Notes under the pieces: generated by a model
The model's input: the letters and a program-made list of their open reading frames with translations, nothing else
Told to the model about the DNA's origin: nothing
Database searches by the model: none
Program-made: the position numbers and the translations under genes
Part shown: in pieces, positions 1-9,500 of the stretch
Numbering within the stretch: the stretch's first letter is position 1
Layout: the number at the start of each line of letters is the position of its first letter
Source of the DNA: Lentisphaerae bacterium GWF2_45_14
Lineage (GTDB): Bacteria; Verrucomicrobiota; Lentisphaeria; Victivallales; GWF2-45-14
Reading direction: 5' to 3'
NCBI GenBank assembly: GCA_001804785.1
Contig: MHBG01000048.1
Coordinates: forward strand, 15,439 to 79,438
DNA length: 64,000 nucleotides

Positions 1-2
1 AA

Positions 3-2429
3 TACGGCGGACTTATTCCAAGAACGGAAGCAAAACTTCTTCCCGATACCGCGGCGCAAACAGCGTTGAACTGTAATCTGACTGCCGGAAATCTCAGGGT
101 ATTCAAACAAACGAGCCTTGAAAGAACAATTGCAGCCGGAGTAAAAACAATCTACCGGAGAGGTTCAATAGGTCGTCCGGGCGCGGTTGTCAGTGGCGCG
201 GGATATGCAATCTCTGGCGGCGATTATCTTGCAAAAACAAACGCATTTGACGGCGGAACTACGACACAATGGGCTTCTTCTCAAACGACAACAGCGATTG
301 ACAATACCGCATATATCGGTCAGAATTTCGGGGCTGGTAACAGCAAGAAAATATGCAAAATGCGCTTACGGCTGGCAACGAGCGGCAACGCTCCGACAAC
401 CGCAATGATTCAGCGTTCGTTGAATGGTTCTACATGGACGGATGTATCCGAAATGGCGATTGATCCGACAAATACGGGCAGCTATCAGGAATTTACATTC
501 ACGTCCACAACGGCGGCTCAGTACTGGCGGCTCCTGGCTACGTCCGACTGCCAGAATTCAGGTCGCTGGTATGTCGCGGAACTTCAAATGGTGGATTGGG
601 TAGACGGTGAAGACGCTGCTGAATGGCTTGATTTTGTCACGCTCTGCAATATAGCTAAAGGATGTATCAATGCGGATGAATATAATCGCATTTTGTGGAC
701 GGGAGATGCTGACGGAGAACTCAAAGTCCGAGGCGATTTCGGGACAGCCGGAGCCGCCGAGACAAGAGATGCTACAATCGCCAAGCCTACTGCGCCGATT
801 ACCGCCACAGTAACTCCATTCTGGGCGGCAGACAAATCGTCATGGGCCATTATCGCTAATTTTGGACTTCAACCGGGGATTGATTGTCCTATTGATCCAG
901 TCACCGGAATAACTGTTTCCGAAGACGGCGAGACGCTTACAATCAGAGCGCGTTATCCAGGGAGTTATACCGCGGCTTCAGGAGGCATATGGATTACAGA
1001 TATCCGCGATATTGCAATTAATCTTGCCGGAATTGGGATTATGTCACCTGTAAGTAATTCGATTATTGGCGTTGCACAAGAAATTCGTTATAAAAATGAA
1101 GCGTATTGTACCTTGGCGGGAGGGGGCGTTGCAAACGAAAATGAAGATACCACTTGGATACCGAGAGATTTCGGCTTTACTCCCGCTTATTACCATGCAA
1201 AAATGAATCCATTCGACTTGGTAATCACGCTTTCGCTTGTCTATGCCGTTTCACTTTCATCTCGTTACTACTGTCAGCGGTATGTAACTGATATTGTGGA
1301 AGAGGGCGATCCGGGACAATCTATTTCCACGATGGTTGAAGCGAGGACAGGCGATACCGTTACACTCGCGCTTGGGGCCGCGCCCGGCGGAAATGTGGAG
1401 AATCGAAGAATTTACCGCAGCGCAGGAAGCATCCTTAATAATGGATTTTTATTTCTTGACGAAATAGCCGCGGCTACTGCAAATTATAGCGACACCAAGC
1501 AAGATACTGAACTTGCAGAGTCTATGCCAGCTTATGGCGATCCGCCGAATGAAATGTATGGCCTTATAAGAATGCCCGGCGGAATATTGGCTGCGGCTGG
1601 CTCAAATAAGCATGATATATATTTTAGTGAACCCTTTATTCCTTGCGCTTGGCCTGTGGAATATATGCAGACGGTTGAATATGAGATTGTTGGCTTCGGC
1701 GCTTACGGCAATACCCTTATCGTCTGCACAAATGGAAAGCCTGAGCTGATTATAGGAGATCATCCGGAACTGTTCTGCGTCCGGCAGATACCAGTCAATC
1801 AGGCTTGTGTTTCAGCGCAGGGTATATGTTCATCCAGAGGAGCGGTATTTTATCCTTCACCAGACGGCCTTGTAATGGTATCAAACGGAACCGCGCAACT
1901 CGTTACTGAGAAATTTTTCACGCGTGAGCAATGGCAGGAACTTCAGCCGGACACAATGATCGCAGAGGTTCACGATAACAAGGTATTCATGTTCACCGAT
2001 GTCGGGACATGGGTTTACGATCCTGCCGAAGAAGCGCTTGTTACCACGGACGAAGAGGCTTCCGCTCTCTTCTATGAAATAGAGGACGACTCGCTTTATC
2101 TTGCTCAAACAACTTCATGTGTCAAATGGGAAGGCGGAACAGAAAATAAAACCTCAATATGGAAAAGTAAGAAATTCTCTCTTAACCGGCCGGCAAACTT
2201 CTCATGCGCGAAGATAATCGCCGCGGATTACTCGATAACAACAGGGAATGTAATCCTTCGACTGTATACGAATGATACGCTCGTATACACTGGTACAATT
2301 CCTGCCGCGCAAATAAATCTTTCGTTCCGGCTTCCCGTTATGCGCAAGGAGCGTGACTGGGAAATAGAAGTCGAGACAACAGTCAATATCGATAAACTCA
2401 TTCTTACTCAGAGCATGGGGGAATTTTAA
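3..2429 (+). CDS. Phage tail nozzle/tubular-B-like protein with inserted F5/8 type C (discoidin) domain; 5' end outside window
   Basis: Frame is open from position 3 (YGGLIPRTEAKLLPDTAAQTALNCNL). Motifs DIYFSEPFIPCAWP, ACVSAQGI, VFYPSPDGLV and WKSKKF are typical of this podophage tail family. NAFDG...IQRSLNGSTWT...YWRL...AELQ is a discoidin-like signature. Confidence 0.7.
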   Translation, partial: YGGLIPRTEAKLLPDTAAQTALNCNLTAGNLRVFKQTSLERTIAAGVKTIYRRGSIGRPGAVVSGAGYAISGGDYLAKTNAFDGGTTTQWASSQTTTAIDNTAYIGQNFGAGNSKKICKMRLRLATSGNAPTTAMIQRSLNGSTWTDVSEMAIDPTNTGSYQEFTFTSTTAAQYWRLLATSDCQNSGRWYVAELQMVDWVDGEDAAEWLDFVTLCNIAKGCINADEYNRILWTGDADGELKVRGDFGTAGAAETRDATIAKPTAPITATVTPFWAADKSSWAIIANFGLQPGIDCPIDPVTGITVSEDGETLTIRARYPGSYTAASGGIWITDIRDIAINLAGIGIMSPVSNSIIGVAQEIRYKNEAYCTLAGGGVANENEDTTWIPRDFGFTPAYYHAKMNPFDLVITLSLVYAVSLSSRYYCQRYVTDIVEEGDPGQSISTMVEARTGDTVTLALGAAPGGNVENRRIYRSAGSILNNGFLFLDEIAAATANYSDTKQDTELAESMPAYGDPPNEMYGLIRMPGGILAAAGSNKHDIYFSEPFIPCAWPVEYMQTVEYEIVGFGAYGNTLIVCTNGKPELIIGDHPELFCVRQIPVNQACVSAQGICSSRGAVFYPSPDGLVMVSNGTAQLVTEKFFTREQWQELQPDTMIAEVHDNKVFMFTDVGTWVYDPAEEALVTTDEEASALFYEIEDDSLYLAQTTSCVKWEGGTENKTSIWKSKKFSLNRPANFSCAKIIAADYSITTGNVILRLYTNDTLVYTGTIPAAQINLSFRLPVMRKERDWEIEVETTVNIDKLILTQSMGEF

Positions 2430-3631
2430 TGGCACTGAAAGACCTATCAGTCAAAACCATGAAGATTTTTAACATGGACGATGCCTATGAGAATCAGCAG
2501 GTAACAAACGGTGCTTCCGATTCTATCCGGATACTTAACGCCAAGCTCGAAATAGATTCGAGCCTTCCGGTGATTTTTAATCAAATGGATACTGATGAGA
2601 ATCAGCAGGTAACCAATAAACTGGTAGACGCTGTAAAGGAGCTGGAGAAATCATTTGCAACAGCCAGCGGACTCAATGTAAACTTTTCAACGAAAGCTTA
2701 TCCCATTATCAACAAAAACGACAATTACGAGAATATGGACGTTACAAATAGGCTTGTTGCGGTTATTGATGAGATTTCTGTGACTATTGAAAAGTATTTG
2801 GATGATATAGCAAGCAGACGCTCCGGCGAAGGGAAAGCAGTTGAAGCAGAAGACGAGCCGGGTTCTTCATCAATGTCCGACACTGATGCGCTATATGAAT
2901 TTGGTGGATCGTCCGAGCATTGGGATATTGTAGGTCGTTGCATGTGTTCAGATCCGGAATGCCATTATGATTGCTCTTCTGGCGACATTATGGTTATTGC
3001 GTCTGGAACTTATTCAACTGCCTGTGATGAATCGGGAAACCATTTAATTAAACTCGCAGGGCCTTTTGAGTCATACGAGGCCGCGTATACTAATCTCTAC
3101 GCTAATTATGCCGCATACGAAGAGATGCTTCTTGGAGACTGCGAATCACCTTGTGATGGACTCCGCATTCAAGGTTCATTAACAAAAAACTGCTCCGGAG
3201 AATGCTATTTTGATATATGTATCCCAGATGTTACTTCAGATTCTTATATCAGTACAACTATACTCATGCCTGGTACTCACTACGATAATTGCGGCAATCC
3301 ATTTAGTGTTTGGATGCACGTGGGGCACACTCCCGGAACCTCGCTTAGAATAAATACCAATGGGTTATATGGAACCGGCGGTAGTGTTGAAAATTGCTGT
3401 TGGGGCTATGCTGATGGCAGCGCACTTCAAAGCAATCCGGACGGCGAATTTGTTCCTTTGGCATATCCAGCTGGAAGTGTTGGCAGGAATTGGGCGCGTT
3501 TTGGAAGTTTTTATAGATGGAGCGGGGGAACGTATGAATACGCAATTGCCGAAGATGGAAATTGCAAGCAAGTAGATGAAAGCCCTGAAGGATCGTTTCC
3601 GTGGTCGGCAAGTTATAGATTTAGCGAATAA
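2429..3631 (+). CDS. Hypothetical virion protein: three N-terminal repeats and a Cys-rich C-terminal domain
   Basis: 400-aa ORF coupled to the upstream stop (TAATG); repeats ENQQVTN/ENQQVTN/ENMDVTN; 14 Cys in the C-terminal ~230 aa. Confidence 0.6.
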   Translation: MALKDLSVKTMKIFNMDDAYENQQVTNGASDSIRILNAKLEIDSSLPVIFNQMDTDENQQVTNKLVDAVKELEKSFATASGLNVNFSTKAYPIINKNDNYENMDVTNRLVAVIDEISVTIEKYLDDIASRRSGEGKAVEAEDEPGSSSMSDTDALYEFGGSSEHWDIVGRCMCSDPECHYDCSSGDIMVIASGTYSTACDESGNHLIKLAGPFESYEAAYTNLYANYAAYEEMLLGDCESPCDGLRIQGSLTKNCSGECYFDICIPDVTSDSYISTTILMPGTHYDNCGNPFSVWMHVGHTPGTSLRINTNGLYGTGGSVENCCWGYADGSALQSNPDGEFVPLAYPAGSVGRNWARFGSFYRWSGGTYEYAIAEDGNCKQVDESPEGSFPWSASYRFSE

Positions 3632-3639
3632 GGAGAATC

Positions 3640-4572
3640 ATGATTTTTTTAAAACAGATTTTGGATTTTAAGGACGAGATTCTGAGCTATTGCGGCAACA
3701 CAACAATGGATTCGGCAAGAGCAATTCATGTAGGAATACCAGAGGGCAATGTTCTACTTGCTACCTTAATTGAATACTGCAAGGAACAGAAAAGCGTTCC
3801 GCCATTCATGGATAAGGTTCCGGATGAGCTTTATGATAGTATTGGAAGCAGCTTGATGGCGGCGCGTCCGCTGGATGTCGTTCTCGAAGAAGAAAAAGAA
3901 ATCGTTCTTAAAATCGAACCTCAACTTATCGCAAGCTATAACAAAATGAATGCGCCCGGCTGTGTAGGCTGTAATAAAAGAAAACACGCTTTGGCGATAA
4001 AACAATTTCTTCTTCAAAAAGAATTATCGGGGCTTTCTGAGGAGTTGGTTTTTAAGCTGAATTTTGCTCGAAGAACTAAGGCAGAGGCAAAGACAATGCC
4101 GATTAAGATCACGAGACGCGAAATAATTATCAATACTTTTGACTGTATCAATTGCACACTTAAACACGTGTCTAATGCAATCGTTCAAATGGGTGAACTG
4201 CGCAGGGGTTTTTGGGGCACTAATCACGAAACATTTTGTCGGGCAAATATAGATGAAGCATCTCAACAGATTGACGGATATTCAAATGAGATTTCAATGC
4301 AATTACGCGATATAAGAAAATCTGTTTTTGAGGAGAAATTTCTCATTGAAATATCAGATATTGAATCATTGCAATCCATATATTGGGCGGTTGTTCAATT
4401 AGGAATAGACTTGTTGGGACATCCGCCAGCCAGTGAGCGAAACGCCAAGCAACTTGAATTGTTGGGAAAAGGGGGAAATACCGAACAAAAGAGAAGCCCA
4501 TACCATGCGAAAATCATAGAGAATGAAAGCGGGTTCAGCGGGAGCGGGGAAGGGCGGAAAAGTTTTGCTTAA
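3640..4572 (+). CDS. Hypothetical phage protein with two CxxC motifs
   Basis: 310 aa, AAGGAG RBS, CVGC and CINCTLKH motifs. Confidence 0.6.
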   Translation: MIFLKQILDFKDEILSYCGNTTMDSARAIHVGIPEGNVLLATLIEYCKEQKSVPPFMDKVPDELYDSIGSSLMAARPLDVVLEEEKEIVLKIEPQLIASYNKMNAPGCVGCNKRKHALAIKQFLLQKELSGLSEELVFKLNFARRTKAEAKTMPIKITRREIIINTFDCINCTLKHVSNAIVQMGELRRGFWGTNHETFCRANIDEASQQIDGYSNEISMQLRDIRKSVFEEKFLIEISDIESLQSIYWAVVQLGIDLLGHPPASERNAKQLELLGKGGNTEQKRSPYHAKIIENESGFSGSGEGRKSFA

Positions 4573-4656
4573 AAAATGAGCGTAAAACGGCGTTTTGAGG
4601 TTTTGTTTTTTTCACCATATATAAGAAGTTTATTTTATAAAAAAAGAGGTGTAATC

Positions 4657-5259
4657 ATGGGACTCCTAACCAAGTACGGAATGAGCGAGCAGGATGCAGT
4701 CAATAAAGCCGCCGTTAATGCAAATCTAGCATATGGGAATGCGGCAGGAAGCCAGCAACGGCAACTTTCAAGAATGGGTGTAAATCCAAACTCGGGAAGA
4801 TTTGCCGGGCTGGTTCAGAAACAACAATATGACCAAGCTGCCGGTACTGCCGGAGCAATGAATGACGCCGCGTCCGACTGGCGGACGTATATGGCCAATC
4901 TGGCCGGGCAGGATGCTTCTATTGAACAAGGAAATAGAAGCCTTGACATGAGGCAGCAGTCGCTCGATAATGAGCAGAATTGGAGTCAATCCGCGTATAA
5001 TGATCAAAGAGCTGAAGAAAGAGCAGCAGCGAGGGCGTATGCGAAAGAACAGAGAAATGGAACTACCGGAACTCCTGGCGCTAATGGAACTACAACCGGA
5101 ACAACGGGCGGTTTACTAAGTCCTTACAGTGGTTCTTCATCAACCAAGAAAACGGGATTAATGTCATCATCGCTGTGGGGTGGGACTTCTTCTCTAGGTA
5201 ATTCTAATCGAACAGTATATAGAAGTTATAAATCGAATTGGAAAGACAGAACTTATTAA
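4657..5259 (+). CDS. Putative internal virion/DNA ejection protein
   Basis: GAGGTG RBS before ATG 4657; Ala/Gln/Gly-rich with RQLSRMGVNPNSGRFAG; lies between tail genes and the giant protein. Confidence 0.6.
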   Translation: MGLLTKYGMSEQDAVNKAAVNANLAYGNAAGSQQRQLSRMGVNPNSGRFAGLVQKQQYDQAAGTAGAMNDAASDWRTYMANLAGQDASIEQGNRSLDMRQQSLDNEQNWSQSAYNDQRAEERAAARAYAKEQRNGTTGTPGANGTTTGTTGGLLSPYSGSSSTKKTGLMSSSLWGGTSSLGNSNRTVYRSYKSNWKDRTY

Positions 5260-5280
5260 TTTATTATTGGAGATTTCATC

Positions 5281-6492
5281 ATGGGAAGATATGCAGGAAA
5301 ACTAAAAGGACTACGCCTAGCCAAAGAGGATAATTTAAGAACAGCCCAGGACGCAAGACATGCTGAAGCGTATGCAAGGTCGGCAGACGAATATAATTAC
5401 AACAAAGGCCGTCGGGGACTTCTCGCCGAACAAGATAATCTCAATCTTGATTACGCAAAAAAACGCAATGCCGGGCTTGTTCAGAATCAGGAGTGGAGAG
5501 AACAGGACAGAACCCGTCAGGAAAAAATGTATGCGCAACAGGAACAGGAAAGGTCTGACGAGCTTGAAACCAACATGATGAACGAAGGTTATCTTGATAT
5601 TGTTGCAAAAGGCAGTGCCGGCCTTCTGGATCAGTCCGATATTGATGCATTCAATTCAAAAGGCAAAATAAGGATTTCCGGGGCAAATCCCAAGTATGAT
5701 TCAAATAATCGGTTTGCCGGGCTGGAAATTGCCCATGAGGACGGTTCAAAGAAGCTTATTACTCCCGGAATGGCCAGATTTGCCATAAACAGGTATTCCA
5801 AGATCAAAAAAGCCGAAAACGATGCCAGTCTTGCAAATGAAGACCGAGAAATGAAAAAGCGCGAAACTGAATCGCGGATAGCAGTAAACGAAGCTAAGGC
5901 AACAGGGAAAGAAGCCAATCCTGAAAAAGAACAAATGCTCAGATTCAAAACAAGGCCGGGAGACGGTCTTTTTGAATCGCTCCTTCCTAAATTCGGCATA
6001 CAGGCAAATGAGATATATGACGATAAAGGTAAATATAATTCTACCGGCGCTCAATATCTGGATACCGCTCAATACTATTATCAGCAAGGATATGATCCGG
6101 AAGAAGCTGCGCAAATGGCGGCAAAAAACATTCTGCAATCACAGCATGATTCAACGAGAAACAGTTTTCAGGCGTTAAGTGCCAAGCAGAACCGCACTCC
6201 GGAAGAAAATGCGCAATTAGAACAATTGGCAGCCGAATACAGCCAAAGGGCAAAGTCGCTGAATTATCTTAACCAGGGCAATGAGAGAGGCGCTCAGGGA
6301 CGCGGATTGATGTCGAGAGTTCCCGGAAATACTCCACAAAATCAACCCATTACTGGCGGGAATCAGGAAGATCAGGTTGTTTCCACATACATGAAAGCAC
6401 TCGAATGGGCAAAACGGAATCTCAACGATCCCAGAAGCAAGGCAATTTTAGAAAAGCTTAAAAACATTAATACAGCCATGACGCAGAATTAA
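5281..6492 (+). CDS. Putative internal virion/DNA ejection protein, helical
   Basis: 403 aa, GGAG RBS, Q/E/A/K-rich, no Cys, directly upstream of the giant protein. Confidence 0.55.
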   Translation: MGRYAGKLKGLRLAKEDNLRTAQDARHAEAYARSADEYNYNKGRRGLLAEQDNLNLDYAKKRNAGLVQNQEWREQDRTRQEKMYAQQEQERSDELETNMMNEGYLDIVAKGSAGLLDQSDIDAFNSKGKIRISGANPKYDSNNRFAGLEIAHEDGSKKLITPGMARFAINRYSKIKKAENDASLANEDREMKKRETESRIAVNEAKATGKEANPEKEQMLRFKTRPGDGLFESLLPKFGIQANEIYDDKGKYNSTGAQYLDTAQYYYQQGYDPEEAAQMAAKNILQSQHDSTRNSFQALSAKQNRTPEENAQLEQLAAEYSQRAKSLNYLNQGNERGAQGRGLMSRVPGNTPQNQPITGGNQEDQVVSTYMKALEWAKRNLNDPRSKAILEKLKNINTAMTQN

Positions 6493-6503
6493 AAAGGTGA
6501 AAC

Positions 6504-9500
6504 ATGAGTTTAAGGCACGTTCCTGTAGATATTTCAGACTTTAATCCGGATGAATTTCTTAAATCAACCGCGTCAAATTCTTCTCAGTCTGCCATGACTG
6601 GAACAATAGATATTTCAGATTTTGATCCTGATTCATTCTTGGGAACAAAAAAAGAAGTATCCCAAGAAGAAATAAGGGCTGCATTTCCCGAGCCGTCCCG
6701 TGTCCGCAGTCCGGAAGAACGAGATTACAGGGAGTTTTTGACACTTCACGGAGTGAACCCTGCAACCGGAGGATACAACGTTGAAACGAAGCTTCCTGAA
6801 ACAATGGCAAATAAGGCCGTCAAGTCGTTTGAATCCGGCACGTTGCAAGCTGGGGCTTCGCTGGCGGCAGTTCCGGGATTCGTGGGGGGAATAGACCGCG
6901 CACTTAGAGCCAGCGCTCTCGAAAAAAGAAAAGCTTTTGGCGATCCGATTGTTGATATAATTCCACAGGAATATAGGGACAGCCTTGAAAAGCGGACAGA
7001 TGGTTCATTCAAGGGCAAGGGATTCTACGGCGAACTCAAGAGGCCGGACGGCGGAGTATCAACGGAACTCAGTTTCGGGACTTCGGACGTTGAACCCGGC
7101 AAGGAAGTTGAAATTCCCGCTCTTGTTCCTGGACTCAGTCAGGAGCAGAAAGATTATCTTCTTTCCACAAAGCCGGAAGAGTCCAGCAAGAAAAATCCAC
7201 AGATGTGGGATTCGATTGTCGGACAGGCTGTCAACTTTGCCAAAGAGCGCAAAGCCAAAGGGCTTCCGTATTTCGCAAGCAATACCGAACAGCCGATTGA
7301 TAAACAGGACTGGATAGATGTTCTTGACGGAACCGCAAAGTTCATGAAAGACAAGGCCGCAAAAAGAATGCAGACCGTTTCCGGGGGACTTGATATTATC
7401 GATACCTTCAAGCAGAAAGGAACCGCGGCAGGGGTTGAACAAATCCTTTACGGGGTTGTCAACCAGGTTCCCAATCTTGCGACACAGATAGCGGCTTTAT
7501 CTCTCACTGGCGGTACGGGTTCACTGGCGTATATGGGGGTTACCTCCGCTGCGGACAAGCGCATTGATATCAAGGATAATCCCAATATGTCGGAGTGGGG
7601 GAAGATAGCGAACGAACTTGGAACTGGCGGTTTTGAAATTTTTGGTGAACGGATCGGCGGACTCCCGATACTGAAAAGAATCATGGGAGATGCGCCGAAG
7701 AAAGCCATTAAAAAGGGTGTAACTAATTTTCTGAAAACCATAGGCTTCGACATGTTTCAGGAAGGAGGTTCAGAAGTTGTAACGCAAATCGGGCAGAACC
7801 TTACGGATATGCTTACCGGAAATACGGACAAGCCGCTTTCCGAAATGACTATAAGGGAAAAAGCTCAAAAACTCGGACAAGGCGCTGTGGACGCCGGGAT
7901 TATCGGTGGCGTAATGGGCGGCGGTATGGGTACAGTCGAGTATGCCGGCAAGCCAAAAATATCAACGGACGAAAGAACAGACCTCCTGAACGATTCGAAA
8001 ACTTCGACAAGTTCAAATGAGCTTGAGAATGTACCTGAATCTCAGGCAATTAATTTCCCGGCATCGGGCGGCATTGATTTTGACTCAATGGGTAAAGACG
8101 AATTGTCCGCATATATTACGGATAAAACCGGGCAAGCGCCGTCTTCGCTTGCAAGGATTGAAGACCTCGCGGAAGACGCAAAAGCAATTCAGAATGCCGA
8201 AGCTATCGAGAATGCGAGTAATGCACAAGCCGCAAGTGAAGCTCAGATGATAGAGCCTCAGCAAGAAATTCAGCAGGAACAAATTTCAGAAGAAGAGCTG
8301 CCAGTTCCAGAAAGCGCGGCGCCGGAAGTAAATTCAGCAATGCAAGCCGGTGTAAAACCCGAAATTCTTCCAGCCGACAATGCAATGGCGCAACCACTAT
8401 TAGGAATTGCCGAAGGCCCCGGCGATATTCCTGTTACATCTTTGAATATCGAAGAAGCTCTGCGGATCATGAAAGAATCAGAAGTTGATTATACTCTTGA
8501 TGCTCCGCAAAGATTGCCAAGTCAGAATATTGAAACAACCGCTAAACTTGATTTGCTTGTTCCTGCACAGGAAAAGGGAAATGTCGCGTTTACACCGACT
8601 CCTGAATTGATTCCCAATATAGCCGAAGAGCAGAAACAGTCCGATGACAACAAATTACCAGAAGCTGACAATCGCCCTGTGAATATCGAAAGCGTCAAAA
8701 CGCCTTCCGGCTGGACAAAAAACTTGTTGAAAGCGCAAGTATATGCCCGGCGTCTGGGACTGCCGGTTCGTCTCAATGATAAAACTCTTGGGCTTGATCA
8801 GCTTGTCAAGAATATAAAGGAGGTTTTGAAAGAGCAAAAAAGGTCAACTTCCCCAAAGGCAGAAACCTTTGATCAGTGGCAAGCGCAGTACGAAAAAGAA
8901 CTCAGAGAAAAGTTCAATAACGAGGAAGATGTGAAAAAGAATCTTGACGCTGTCGAATGGGCGCGTCATAGATGGGGTCTCAAAGGTATAGCATCAAGGG
9001 CAAATTTACTTAAGAAAACAGTGCTGGCAAATGGTAAAAAAACAAAAAACAAAGCTCCAGAACTAATGACTCCTGAAGAAAGATATCATAGCGAATGGGA
9101 ATCTCCTGATTTTCCAGGAAAAGCCAACAAAGCTACTAAACCAAATTATGAAAAAATTAAATTAGAAACTGGTTTAGATTTTGATGTTGTAGGATATCAG
9201 CTTATTCCTAAACAACCAAACAGGTTTCAAAAAAGGCAAATTTTTACATCCAGTGATGTCCAAAATATCCGAGCCGCATTACGAGAACAAGGACATAATA
9301 GTATAGTTAATGATTATTATATTTCCGATGCCGATTCAAAAATAAAAGTAGGCGATGGCCAGATAATAAAATTAGATGGAGGATTGGGAAAAGATTACAG
9401 TCTTCCAACTGCTCCTATTCATTTTAGAGAAATTAAAGATGCGATAGCAAAGCATAATCCTGTTTCTGCTCTTGCTATAGAATCCTTTGAAATAAAACTT

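Noticed and set aside
2429-3631. Diversity-generating retroelement target
   Set aside because: No reverse transcriptase and no template/variable repeat pair differing at adenines was seen in the window.
5055-5110. Short repeats encoding NGTTG/NGTTTG
   Set aside because: Ordinary low-complexity Gly/Thr linker in an ejection-type protein.
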